Counted from the stretch's first letter, positions 11,941-25,524 are shown. The stretch is DNA of 64,000 nucleotides from Ascidiella aspersa (GCA_963924565.1 OZ004613.1:4278001-4342000); one strand, 5' to 3'. Numbers and translations are program-made. The notes: a model not told the origin generated them from the letters alone.

Positions 11941-13372
11941 CCATTCGTCAACCAATCAGATACGACTATTTTTGCCAGATATAGCTATGAAAACCTATTT
12001 TCCATAACAGTATATTGCTTAACCTTTTTAGTGTTATTACGCCATTTTACACATTCATGTTATCACTCAAAAAAATTCTTTTAAAGCAATTATGGCCTGC
12101 AATCAATTAATCAATGAACACTAAAATGGCCCCATAATTTGCCAAATAAAAAATTAAATATTAAAAACAAGTTGAAAGCTAAATACGTTCTTAAAGCTAA
12201 GATAGCATCTCGTCACATCAATTATAATTGAACTTAAATAAATCCGAAATGGTTTATCATAGTTTTATAATACAAATGTGTATATTATTTTCAAGTTATA
12301 AATAACTATACGCATAAATAAATAATTTTCTACAAATCTACCTTCGCAATTCACTCATCTACATATTATATACCTACATCATAAATAACTGTAGCGTCTA
12401 CTTCCGCACCCATATTACATATACATTTTACAACAGCGAACAACGCCGAACACGTACAAATCTCACCGAAGCGTTACGAAGTGACACTGTAATTAGAACA
12501 GTATATCCAGGCTAGTGATTGTTGGCACAATGAAAACAATCGCCGTAACAATGAACAACAATTACGACTGTTAAGATTACTATTACTAAGTAAGTTTTAC
12601 CAATGATAAACACCTGTCTTTCTGGAATGACGAAAAGCACTGAGACTTTTGCCATTCATTCGTGGGCTTATTGCATTACACTGCACTTTGATGACGTGTG
12701 TTATCCGATTTTGAATTTCACAGCATAATGTTGTTTGAGCTAAACGCTGATAAAACATCACGCGTCAATCGTTCTATATGCGCTTTAATTGCAATTTAAA
12801 AGTTTTTGCAATTACAATATTTTGGAAAATAACTTCTAGGAAAATTCAAAGTTGTAACGGTCGTAATTCAAACTTTCCTGAATGCGCTGTAATTTCCGTT
12901 TCTGTAGTATCTTATTACGCCTTTTGCTAAACAATCATTGTGTTCACAGTTACCAAACTGTTTCAAATTCTCGTATTGGCTTTGATTTAAACAAAAAAAA
13001 AAAAAAAACTGATTTTGCTGCGAATGACAAAGCATGTTCCCTGTAATAGCGGAGCTCGTTATTTAAATATTACCGAGAACAGTGGCTTGTCGTGACGGTA
13101 TCCCAGTCCCGGATATTTATAGCCACGCACTCTTTTGACAATGGATCGTTGGAAATATGGCGCAATTCCTGTTGTATGTATATAAACGATGTACACGTTA
13201 CAACAGCGAAACATGATGCACGTTAAAAGACAATGAAGGCATGCCATTACAAGAGTTAACCCTAAACTCACTTCCACCGGTAACCTTTTGAATTAATTAT
13301 TTTGTAGGGGCTAAAACAGGGGTTAGCCTTATAGGTACAAACTCGTGACCCCGGAGTACAATTAAACATTAG

Positions 13373-14543
13373 GTGATGCACGAACTTTCTCTATTCTGCT
13401 CGGAAGGTATACAGTGTCCGACTGTTCGTGTTTTACCTAATTACAGAAAATATCAAAATATACCAAAAGGCAGAGCACGGTTGAGGACATCAGGCTATTG
13501 GCCCGTGATAATGCAATTCTTGCACATCCATCCACTTCAACTTTTGCCGTTAGTGATCGTTTTGTTTAGTATCACGACCTCGCAATGACGCAATATGGCG
13601 ATTGTAGTGACACAGATATATGGCCATTGTAGTGACATAGAACTTTTGAAACTATATAAGCGACAGTACTTTAATTCCCAATTTAGACTGTTGCAATGAC
13701 TTAAGTCAATCTTAAGTATACTTAGGTTCCTGTTTGTAAATAACTTGACTTGACTCGACTTTAATCATTTAGAACAAATAACTTGATTTTACTTAAGTCT
13801 TTCAGTCATTTTAGAATGTTGTGTTTACAAACACTTCAAATTTAACGTGATAAACATAGTTGTATTACGCGCGCATTGTGTTTATGTACCCAATCAGTGA
13901 AGTATCTTTTCAAAGTGAAAGTTTTGTCAATTTAAACCAAATAAATGTGTTTTTTTCGCGCTTTTTGCGCTATTAGACTTTCCTGTAGTTCACAAATACT
14001 AAGCTACTGTATTTGTCCGCATATGATACGCACATAACATTGTGAGCAAATTGATGACAATCGTGGTCGTGGACACCCTGATATAGTGCATTGTGGTTCG
14101 CCGGTTGATAATCGCTTGGTGTAAATAAACCCTAGAATGCCATGACGTGTTATGCATCTACATAACGTAGTTTTAGTATTTCAATGGTAAACGTCACCAG
14201 ATGGTCCATAGTTGTTGAAAGAAGGGGCTATGATTCATTATATTTTTTGTATTTCATGTACCACATGGTAATAGCACTTTGAATAATTGTCTTATATGCT
14301 TTTAACTTTCGTCCAATTTCATTTAAAGTGAATTTGAAATCTGTATATTGCAGGTTGCGCTTCTCAACAATCATCTGCGATGTTGAACTGCTGGTGATAT
14401 ACAGAGAGGACTTTGACGCTATTGTGAGGAAACGGATCGTTAAACAGAGGGAAGAAGTTATCGAGTTCTGCAAAAACGCGATAACCATTTTGTGGTTCAT
14501 CGTTGATCCTTTGCTGCTGTGTTCGCATTGTAGCAACAAATAA
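13373..14543 (+). pseudogene. Decayed cyclic-nucleotide-binding-domain gene (CNBD2-like) fragments
   Basis: After acceptor tattgcag, 14354-14480 encodes LRFSTIICDVELLVIYREDFDAIVRKRIVKQREEVIEFCK, matching the CNBD R.STI.C...E.LV..REDF motif with a short deletion. 13447-13560 gives STVEDIRLLA/[frameshift]/VIMQFLHIHPLQLL. ~14190-14235 gives VNVTR and P*LLKEGA. The order matches CNBD2 as recalled from memory. Confidence 0.55.
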
Positions 14544-15720
14544 ACTTTTATCTTAGGTATGTCCGATAACATCAGGTTGGAACCGATGCAAAGTGGTAGT
14601 ATCGGTACTTTTCCGATACTATAGGGTTGTATCGGTGCTGATCCGATACCAAATTAACTTGAGGATCACAGCCATGTTCTGCTATCCAATGGAAAACTTC
14701 ACAACTTTAAAAAGGGTGAATTTCTGAGAAAATGTAACAATAACAAATCTAAAAACGTCAATTTTATAAATCTCACTATATAAGTTAAACAATTTTAAAT
14801 GTTTTATTTCTTCAATAGTAGGTCGATAAAACTCCCAACATGGCTTTATATCGGGCCTGCGATCACCTTACAATTCTCCTGTTATTTATCGAAAAAGTTT
14901 GATGACCCCTGAATTCTAAGGAGGCTACTCCGTGCAAAAGTTGCACAATGGAAATGTCAACAATATTCCGCCATTCGAAATTACAGAGAACGCCGCGCAT
15001 TCAACCCCGTTAAATCAACAGAGTGAGTTTGCGCAGAAATGGGAAAGCGGGAAAGCTGTAAAAAGTCATTAAAGAATGGTAACGACGCTTTACGATTCGG
15101 TTAAAGTGCGTTAACCTTCCGTTGGAAAAGTTCCGTACAAAAAGATAGCCGAACAATTTGCGATTCAGACCTGATTTTTGCCTTTAGTAGGTCGCACCTT
15201 TATCACAAGTCTGGCTCCAACTAATGGCGGTCAATATTCTAATATTTAGAAACCAAGTCGAATTTGAGAGAGCTTATATAGAGTTTTAAGTGGAGACGGA
15301 ATTAATGCCGATTTAAAGGTTAAATCTGTCACGTATAATGTAAACAAACTTCGAGTAACCAAAAGTAAGTTTAAACACAAAAATTTGATGTTTAAATGTT
15401 CGTGCAATTAAGATGACTTGTATAGAATAGATTGTGGCAGTAGAAGCAGCTTATACTGTTAGAAAATGTTGTAAACAAGTCATTTGGAAATGACAAAGTC
15501 TCAGTCAAGGCTTATAAAAAATGTCAAGTCAAGTTCCGGGCCAAGTCGTCAGTAGCCCAAGTCAAGTCACAGTCAAGTCTTTATAAAAGCAAGCCAACCT
15601 AAAGCCAAGTCATTGACATACAAATAAACTATATGCCTAAAATAGCGAAAGGGCTGCCGAGTCGGACTCAAGCTTTGGAACTCAATGGAGTTGGTTTGCA
15701 TTACTGAAGTAGGTCTAGGG

Positions 15721-16209
15721 CAGGGATGTCCAACCTGCGGCCCGCCTGATATTTACGTGCGGCCCACCACTAATTCTCACTTTCAGTAGCCTTTATTAAA
15801 AACAATTGTTTCGACCATCATCAAAACGTGAAGATCGCGCAGTATTTGATGTAGGCCTACTCTTGTGTTTTTTCTGGGACTATAATGGAGTCTAATGTCG
15901 CATTTCAATATCCGTCGAACATTTTGTGCACCCATCATTGCTAAGCAAGATGGGTGTTTTTCTAAATGTGTGTTTTTGCGGACCGTTTTAAGGAAATATG
16001 TCAGCCCAAACACGTGAAAACTCAAATTTTTGCATATTTGCGCATAAGTTCACTCTCGAAGAGCGGTTGTTTATAAGTTAGGTTGTTTTATGAGGTCCTA
16101 ATATGACGTAACTTATGACGTCACCCCTTTAATTTGAGAGGTTTTGCGGCCCATCGAAATTTTTAAAGTGGCAACGCGGCCCATTCTGCTAAAAGGTTGG
16201 ACATCCTTG
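15721..16209. mobile_element. hAT (Charlie/Buster-like) MITE
   Basis: TIRs cagggatgtccaacct / aggttggacatccttg; subterminal gcggccc repeats; TSD gtctaggg / gcctaggg (1 mismatch). Confidence 0.88.
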
Positions 16210-18320
16210 GCCTAGGGACTCCAGTAAAACTACTAGGGCGCAGCCGACGTGCGCACGCGCAGTACCGAATTTCGCGACTAAAAAGCTCGCAAAATGAAAA
16301 ATGATCCAACCATGTATTGTTGGTGGATGAATTATATGACAGCTCCGCACCAAGGTAGGTGTCTGGTTGGCACCCAAAACCCAGAGGGTTGTATGCCTGA
16401 AAATCCACCATATTTTTTCCGAAATCGAAAAAATCGCGCATTTAGCCGGAGCCGGACTCCGGGTATTTTTAACCGACTTCGCAGCCCTGAATATAGCGTT
16501 GTCAAGTGGCTTACCAAAACGTATACCAACCAGAAATAAGTTATTTTTAATTCGTCTGAATACAATCGAAGGTACTTTCCGTATGGCTTGGCAGTTATAT
16601 TTTAATTGACAGCTGTTTTTGTGTGGTGAAAACATATCTTACCTTGTCAATTTTAAAGTTCCGGTTATTGACCTTAATAAAGGGTTTCTGTTTTCCCTTA
16701 TATTTCAAAGTTAGAAAAGTATCAAAGAACTCCCAAAGACCCTTTTTAATATACCATATATTAGCGATGTTAGAACTGGGAAATTAAATGAAAATCAAAC
16801 TGGAAATACCCCTATTTTTTACGTTTAGCCAAGAAACTGCTTCCCTTTATATGAATCACTTATTGTAGAAACATTGTGCTTTAGAAATTTAGTTTAAAAA
16901 AGGGAATACAAAATATAAAGGTTGATTATAAATTCGGTTTTCCTGCAATCTTTCACAATGGACAAAAGTTTTGTTCCCTTTATCATTCCGCACATTCAAA
17001 AGAAAATGGAAGAAAGTAAGAAACTATAGGCCTACTTTCCATAAAAGCTAAATTTGAATTACAAAGACAGTTTATTCAGCCTGTCTTTTGTTCCCTAGAA
17101 TAGTAGGCTATTAAAGCTTCGATTATTTAATGACTGCATTGAAACTTGGAACCTATAGCCTTATTTTAACGATTAGTACTTTATTTAGACACAGTGTCGA
17201 AGTTCAACATTCCAACGTAACGTAAAGCAATTTAAACAGCCATAAAGTAACTTGTGCATGTACACAAAAGAAGAATAAAGTTATACATTTATTTATTGTC
17301 GTCTGCTATGGTAATTTTATATAACTTTATGGTCAAAATGTTTGCCTTTGCAAACAACATTGCGCTACCCCTCACTTTAACTGGACATCTAATAATATTT
17401 TATTTATATATTTGCAGAAGTGTCAAAATGGAATTTAGAAATGGTTATTTTCATCACAGCTCTAATGGCAGTTGGCCTAATTTTAACCCTGTAAGTTAAA
17501 TATTGTTGATGGTAGTTTCAATAAATTAAATGCACAATGTTAAAAAAAACTTTGTTTTGCCAATGAGTTGAAGCGACGCTAGAATTATGGGCTGTTGCTT
17601 TAGATTTAGACCACTCTATATTGCGATTAACGAAAAAAATTATAACTAAACCTATGCTTTTCCTCCAAATTCGCACAAAAATATTTTACTTCATGTTTAA
17701 AGAACGTTCGCCAATTCAATCTGCACCAATACCACCCTAGCATCGGACAAGTGCCGAAACTACAACTTTGTATCACGTATCGGCTCCGATCCGATATTAT
17801 CGGACAACTCTTATCTAACAGCTAGGGCCAGAAATTTTCCCTATCTTGTCGCTCAATCCTCATATATATTTTTAATCGTTAATAAAAAGACCTATGAAGA
17901 AGCGACAAAGAGGAAAGTTACAGGATTTTTTACCCCTGGAATTCATAGTTTTGTGGCAATCCTAGTGTTATTTCTTCCTAATAGCTTTCAATATGTGTGA
18001 AATAATAAAACAAATGAGTAATAGTTTCCGGAGCATATGGCAGAAAACACACTGGTCAGAGTCGTTTTTTCACCCTGACATTTATTCTCCTTAGGCTTTT
18101 CGAGAGAAGGCAAAAGCGACTACAAGCGGAAAAAGAGGCAATGGATGCTCGGATGGCGTAGGAGGAAATGAGGAGAGTGGGAGAAGATAGGAGAAAGGGG
18201 GAAAAAAACAATGACCAATTGTTTGCGAACAATTTATACACAGCCTGCAGTCTTATAGTAATTCGGCCCTTAGTGAAAAAAGTTTGGTGACTAGAAGCAT
18301 GATAAGAGATTTACCTAGAC

Positions 18321-18645
18321 CAGGGGTTCTTAAACTTTTTTTACCGCGGACCGCTGAAATTTTCTTTTAGCTCGCACGGACCACTGTAGGCAACTAAATT
18401 CAAAAGTGACGTCATAAATTGAGGTCACAGTACAAAGTTTGCTGATTTTGGTCCAAAAATGGGAAAGTGAAATGAAGTCTAAATACATTCAATTCAAACC
18501 AGTTTAGTTTTTATTTAAATTGTTGTTTTTTTATAAATTGATTACTTCACAAGTATACACTAATATTTCAATTGGGCCTTCATTTCTCCTAAAACTAGTT
18601 CACGGAACCCCAAGGGGTCCATGGACCCCAGTTTAAGAACCCCTG
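18321..18645. mobile_element. hAT (Charlie/Buster-like) MITE, family A
   Basis: 16-bp TIR caggggttcttaaact / agtttaagaacccctg; TSD acctagac / acttagac. Homologous to 21650-21975 and, more weakly, ~4975-5224. Confidence 0.9.
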
Positions 18646-20229
18646 ACTTAGACCGATATCTTTTATTTGAAGATTGGGTCTCGCCCTGCCAAGCAATTTG
18701 AACCTGGTATTGAATATGTTCATTCTACTCTTAGGCAAAATTAAACGGCTACTTTTGGCCAAAATTAAAGCATCAGCTTGTTTTTTTAAGCACCTACGTT
18801 TTTTGCACTTCTTTCTTGGTCGTTATTTTAAACATTGAAAACTTGCTAAAGAGCATTTGAAACTTGCTAAACTTGCGATGTCCAGTCCACCAGGGTTTCT
18901 CAACTAAGGCAGAGTTAGATCTCGATTGGTTTAGTTGGGTTGCCAACTTTAGTTTTCATATGGTTAGATTAATTGAGCTTGGTTCTCGGCTAATTCTTTT
19001 CAAAAATTTTAGAAAACTGCGGATCCAAATCGAAGTCATACCACTAATAAGTTGAAATTGATTAATTGTATTGCCGTATTAGTGTTCTGTTTACTAGCTT
19101 AAAAAAAACAGTGAAAATAATTCGATCAGCAAGGCTTCGCTGTAGTGCCTACGCTAAGTATTTTGAGTCACAGTGAAAAAAAGTGGAGAAACTTTGTTGT
19201 ATACTGACTAATAAACTCGGACGTTCAAAACCTCCAGTGAAAGAGGTTTTTAAAACACTTTAAATTAACTAAGTTTTTTGGTTGTTTTTCGACTTCAGGG
19301 TTTCAAAGAAACGTACATAACTGACCAATGAGCAAATATGTATCAAAAAGCCCCTAAAATATGCCTTCAAAGTGGCCGTTTTTGTTTTCCCTCCTTCTGT
19401 TTTGCGACACGTTTCCTTCTATTGTATTTATTTTGAGTTTTATGTAAATTTGCTTCGTTCCAATCTTTTTATAATTCCACGTTTTCCCAGCCGCCTTGGG
19501 ACGTTATTTATAATGCAATTGTTTGGTGCTAACAATACCATTTTTTGTGTGTGTTTTTTCTATATTTTTGTTTTATGTTTTGTGTATTAAGGTCTCGAAA
19601 GTCGACAATAATTGCAAAGTAAAAAACTAAAATATTTGACATTATAAAAAGCTATAAGCATGCAAAAAGATAAACTCCACCTTTTTTAATAAAAGTTTAA
19701 ACATTGAAGCCTTTCGTAAAACTTAAAAAAATTGGAGTTTGTAGGTCAGAACGTTTGCAAATGGCCGTATTTGTCTAACTCTAAATAGGGTAGTAAAAAA
19801 ACTAATCTGATTTCTCCTTTGACCTGACAAAGCATGCTTATGCGAAAGCTTGTCGAGAATACAATACAATTTGTTTTATATAGTGATACCTGATTACCCT
19901 GTATGTCAGAAGTTATTGACCCTTAAAGCTGCGTATTTATCCGTAAACATTTCGGCGAAGTTACTTCATTCAATGCTGGCAACCGCCATAAAATCGCTCA
20001 AACGGCGTTTGTTAACAGCTTGCAAACACTATCGGCCGCTTTGATATCCGCCATATGACGTAACAATGATGTGCGAAATGCCAACTGAAAGTTGATTTCC
20101 CCTCCGCGGCTTAAATACTGAGGTCGTTAGCCTTTTAACGACCCATTAAATACGAATGGGACTAATAAAAGCAACTTTTATGCCGGAATTTAAACTGTGA
20201 TAGCGACAATGTAAATTGACTTGTTATTT

Positions 20230-20460
20230 AAGGTTTTTAACCTTTTTTGTCTGTTTTACTTATTTTAACAAAGATGGATATCAGATTTACCCCTATATAT
20301 AAAATGGTGCCAATTTATTAAAAAACGAAGGTAACAGATTACATCAGTTGTATTCAATGCGACGGCTACCCTTGGTAACAAGTTGTTCAATGCCTGGCTA
20401 AGTAGTAGATAAACACAACGATAGCTCATTTACTTTACCCCCTACAACGAAGAAATTTAC
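20230..20460. mobile_element. Degenerate copy of the MITE at 46458-46808
   Basis: Shared ttaaccttttttgt...tttaacaaagatg.atatcagatttacccc...ttacatcagtt blocks. Confidence 0.75.
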
Positions 20461-21505
20461 GCCCTAGGCTGATTTAACGTGACCTTGCTTAGACTTTGGT
20501 TCTTATCGAAGTGACTTGACTTGGACTTAAGTTTCAACAAGGGTTGTTTACAACACTTGATCTGAGTGGGTGGCCGATTCACAAATCCCGTAAAATAACC
20601 TGAAAAGTTATAAGAAAAGGCCAAACGACGACGTTGGTCCTTTGATTTCAACCTTGTCGATTCAACGATTTTAAATGAACTCGCTTTTTAGCCGACAACA
20701 ATACACATTTTGCGACTTTGATGTGAAGTCTACTGTTCGGTTCAGAACAGGATTAGTCGATGGCGCCACTGTGCGTCTAGTAATCAGTATTGACCGACTA
20801 CAGCAGTGGTTCTTAACCTTTTATGGCTGGCGGCACCCCTCAGAAATAACAGATAGATTGCGGCACTTCTACAAGATTTTTCCGTATAGAATGTCACAAT
20901 AAACGGAACCGGAACACAGATCAATTCTACTCAACGTATAGGAAGTTTTAATTGGATTTATTCCACTCTAATCCTACACAAAAAGTTGTAAGAGTTTTTC
21001 AGTTTACCAAGTTCTGTACTTACTATATTCTTTATCATTGATGTACAACCAGAATCGCTTCTGTGTCACCATTCTGATTCATGTAGATTCTGTTATTCAA
21101 AAAAAAATCTGATGAAATGGGGTACATTTTAAAGCAGTTTGCCTAGAAAGCACTAAATCAGCCTTGATGCTGGTGTAGTAGAAAAAACACACCTGAAATG
21201 CCTTTTTTGGGGAACACAATGGTTGTTGTAGCTATTAAAGCATGTAACAAAATAGTTTGACAGTCTTAAAGCGGCCCTACAAACTTGATAGGCCTAAATA
21301 TGACACAAAACCAATAGATGTTGGGAGTGTTTAAGAAGAGATTACCTTGCGCTTTGCCACAAGCGTTCAAACTGGCCCAAGGAGTGTTTCACTTCCCACG
21401 ATACAAATTAAGCAAGCGTTAAGTTCCTTAACGTCGCTTGTCCCAAAGGTATTGCTGGTAAATTACTTGAATTAGGCGAACAGCACGCTAACGGTTGGAA
21501 ATTAC

Positions 21506-22518
21506 CAGTGCTATAATGACTTAAAAATCAATGACTTTGGCTTAAGTCAGTTTTTGTGGGTCGCGAACCAAAATAGGTTGGGTTGCCGATTGTAGTGGTT
21601 CACATGGTAAGGTTTGCTTGTATTGGGCCTGGACAAGATATATCTAATCCAGCGTTTCTTCAACTTTTTCTAACGCGGACGCCAAAACTTTGTTTTTGCC
21701 TCGCGTGGACCACTTTAGGCAAAACGGTTTCAAAAACGACGTCATAAATTTACGTCACAGTAAACTTCATAAGTTTGCTAACTTCGGTCCAAAAATTGGA
21801 AAGTGAAATGGAGTCCAAATAGTGCAGAACTGTTTTATTTAAAAAAAAACTCTTTTCTTCGATAAATTGATTACTTTTTAAATAATAAGTAATATTTCAA
21901 TTAGACCTTCACGGTCCCCTAAAAGTGGTTCACGGACCCCTAAGGGGTCCATGGACCCCAGTTTAAGAACCCCTGATCTAATCTTTGAGGAAAATGCGAG
22001 AGAAATAAGACAACTTAACGTATATTAATTAAATTCGAATTTATTAATACATTTGTCTTATATTGTGTTCACTAACGAAAAGTTTATTTAAAGAATTGGA
22101 AACCTTACTCTTACGTTTAGAATTTGGGTCGTTGCGTGGAAAATGACTTCAGTGCACTTTAGTGACTAAGTGACTAACTGAATTAATTTAGGTATTTTTG
22201 CTACATGACTTAACTTGGGGTATTTTGAACCAATGGCTTTACTTGGATTTTAGTTATTGTTTTAAATAACTTTAAATTATTTAGTTTAGCAAATAAGGTT
22301 CAAATTATGTGTTTTTAAAAATAGTTGAAGTCTGGGTTACTTGTCTCAATTTTGGCAAGTAAAACAATTGTATTGCTACATGTTTCGATTTGGGTATTTT
22401 TTAGTTGAGATGTTGCTCATATTCGGACGATTTTACTAATTTTAACATTTTGACGTTTTATTTTTATGTTATTATTCTGCCATCTAAGTCATTTTAAAAT
22501 AAATTGTTTACAACACTT
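21506..22518. mobile_element. GACTT-family hAT-like element containing a nested family-A MITE
   Basis: TIRs cagtgctataa / ttacaacactt; TSD gaaattac / aaaattac; GACTT motifs on both sides of the nested insert. Confidence 0.7.
21650..21975. mobile_element. hAT MITE family A (nested)
   Basis: Right TIR agtttaagaacccctg; degenerate left TIR cagcgtttcttcaact; perfect TSD atctaatc (21642-21649, 21976-21983). Confidence 0.88.
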
Positions 22519-23009
22519 AAAATTACATAACATAGAGACAGTTGGTTATGGCATTTTGCGATTCAATTTTAGTTTTGGTGAAACAGGGCTGCGAACAATA
22601 CATATAAACAAAAGAAGGGAATTTAAAAAAAAATTAACGTCAAAAAAAAATATCGTCTTTAACTAAAACTTGACAAAGGTTTTGACTTTTAAGTCGGTTT
22701 TACTAGGTTCGCTGGATTTAGGTTTAGGAACTTTTTAACCCCTTCACGTATAAAAGTAGCAATTCGCCTTGTCTATATACATTTGTATGTTCAGTAATGT
22801 GCGACTTGATAAGGGATTGTGTTGATTAGTTTTGACATTGGATATAGTTAGGAGCTACAATTCACAATAGATTTTCCTCAATTTGAATCATACATAGTCA
22901 CTCGCCACCTCAAAAACACGTGGAGACCTTGGTTTCAAAAGCCTGATGGAAAAAAGTTCGCAGATTTATATAATACTGCGGAAAGTAAATGAAGTTACAG
23001 TACCAGTTT

Positions 23010-23400
23010 AAATTCCGAATCAATCAAGCAAAAAATCACAAGCACGCGTATGCAAAGGATGCAATATGGCCGCAAGGGCAGTAATTTAATCGTTTCGCGC
23101 AAATTCGCGATCGATGCATTAATATGCAGCCCCAATGTGGTGGTAATGAAACGGAATTTAAGTGCTGCCAGTTAAGGGCCTACTCGAGGCCGACATTTAA
23201 TTAGAAAAATCAATCAAGCAATTAAGGAAACGCAGATTAATAGCACTTGTTTTGAAAGGAACGCATCGAAATTAATTTCGTTCTACAACGATTTAGGAAA
23301 ACAATGTGTTATACAACATCCTGCAATATTACTGAATTAAGGAGATATTAACTGCTGTAGCTATTTCAGGTGATGAATTGTTGTTCGATTGATTCATTTT
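23010..23400. promoter_or_regulatory. Candidate Rx upstream enhancer (Onecut/Pbx-type and TAAT sites)
   Basis: Identical 14-mer aatcaatcaagcaa at 23018 and 23208; gattgatt at 23387; atcgat and many TAAT/ATTA cores in repeat-free sequence ~4.4 kb upstream of the Rx ATG. Confidence 0.4.
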
Positions 23401-23458
23401 GCGACCAACTGATGTTTTCACATATACTTCCTACTAAAAATATCATCATTAACTATTA

Positions 23459-23757
23459 CAGCGCTTCTTAACCGGTGCGACATGAAACGTTGATAGGGCA
23501 AGTGGAAAAATATTTAAAAATATAAAACACATATGTTTTTCATAATTTTTTTTATATTTTTACTCTATCTTTCGGCTTAGCTCATTCATCTCATAGTTAT
23601 TTAAAGATAAACTAAAACTATACAAAGCAATAAAATTCAAACTTGCAACTAATTTAGGAGAAAACGGACTAACGAAAAAATGTAGAGTTCGCCTCGCTTG
23701 CCAGGTTTTTAGAAGTCTACAGGTGCGCCATGAGGTAAAAAAGATTAAGAAACACTG
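23459..23757. mobile_element. hAT (Charlie-like) MITE
   Basis: TIRs cagcgcttcttaacc / gattaagaaacactg; TSD aactatta / aactatag. Confidence 0.72.
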
Positions 23758-25524
23758 AACTATAGATTCAGCAGATTTCTGATATTTATCAATATATTTA
23801 TGTAATAAAAAAGTGAAGTGAGTCTTAAATTGAAATTGGTTTAAAAAAGTGGCTGGCCTGAAACGATAAATTGACCTTTCAAATTATTTTAAATTTGACT
23901 TTAATTAGCCAATATATTATAAATTGTCCTAATTGCGATCTCCAATGAAACATCGCCCCTGCCGCAATTCTCATATTTGTTAATTATATAGCCGGCCTAA
24001 AAAAAGCTATTTACCGAAATGAAAGATACCATTTACATCAATTTAATCGCAAAAGATTTGTTTAAAGACAAGTGTAACCTTGACCAGGAAAGAGCGAAGT
24101 AGGAACGAAGAGAATCCGTTTATCATCCAGTGATCCGAAATATTGCAGCGACATATTTGACTAAGTCCGATTAGAATAAGGTCCAACATATGCTCGAGTG
24201 TTGTAAGGGCTTCAATCCGGGAGGGACAAATTGCAATTAAAATAATTTGATCGACTCTCAAGCGGCAGGGGGTGCACAGCAAGCCCACGGGCTCGTTAAT
24301 TCTCGTAATTCGTATTAAGTGGGATTAGTAAAGGGGGGAGTATTGCGTTCGTTCATGTCCCGAGGGATTTGCTTATAGTGATCGACGGCTTGTATAACAA
24401 CGTTTGCCTTAACGAGTGAAAGCCCAAAATCGCTGCTCATAGAAACTAGCGATTAGGGGAGAATAAAGGAGGGGGTCAGAACGTTGCACAAGCAGTGCAT
24501 GCAATAGCGTTTTTTTATATTAAACTGCCAAGCATTTTACCACGATAATGCAGTATATTTTAACGAATTTGATGTATTTTTTATACCTGCTGTTAAGTAG
24601 CGTTAAGTTTGGTCGTGAATTACGCCACAAGTTTTTTTATATGAAAATCACTGTATTCTATTTAGAGTGTTAAAGTGTTAATATATAAATTATTTTTTAT
24701 CAGAGTACTGTTTTTTTAACACTTTAGAATGCCAATGAAATTGGTACTATTAGGAAAAACAAGAAGGAAAATACCAAAGGGTCCTAAATGACATAAAAGA
24801 GATCGTTAGTAACGCAAATTCATAATTTTGTAATTAAAAAACAAATATGTCATCTTTTGCGCTTTTTTTTACAAAAGGTATAGTGCTAAAGCAGGTTTAT
24901 ATTCAAGGTATAGACGTTTAATAGCGCTTTGTACTGGAAATTTCCTTTAATTAAGCTGAACTGTTTTTAGTATTGATACTTTTTTATTAATAACTTTACT
25001 ATGACATTTAATCTCTACAAGGGTTGTGGATATTTCAAAACATTTTAAAGCTTTATACTAATTAAACCAAAACATGGTATTGTACAAAACAGGGTATTAT
25101 TGTAAGAACTTTTGAGTTATTTGACGTAATTGGCCCATTTAAATACATCTTATAAGACACATATAAGAACACAAAAAAAATTATTTCGTACTTAACATGA
25201 CTAAAAAAGTAAAAATAATTAAATTTTGTTATAACTTTTTTTCTCACTTATCAAGCTTAAAAATACTTTCGAATAATATTCGAATAATATTCGAATAATA
25301 TTTTTAAACATTTGATTGTGTAGCATAGGTTTTAACACACCTCAAATTTTTTGCAAAAAGCGACATGAACCCCCCTCTATACCCCTCTATAAAACATGCC
25401 CTGGCAAAACCTCGTGAACTCGCCAGTGTAATTTGGCGATCAATTCGTGAAATCTCATAACGCGTCACGCATGAACGGGCGCGCTAACACGGCCGCTCGG
25501 GTTTTTGCGTGAGACGCACTTACG

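Noticed and set aside
13447-13530. KRQSTVEDIRLLARDNAIL resembles the CENP-S histone-fold end
   Set aside because: Short match with no other CENP-S segments; the neighbouring fragments fit CNBD2 better.
16163-16635. Five overlapping ORFs of 77-148 aa
   Set aside because: No recognisable domain and partly overlapping a MITE. Only the first 61 nt of one ORF is retained, as a speculative exon.
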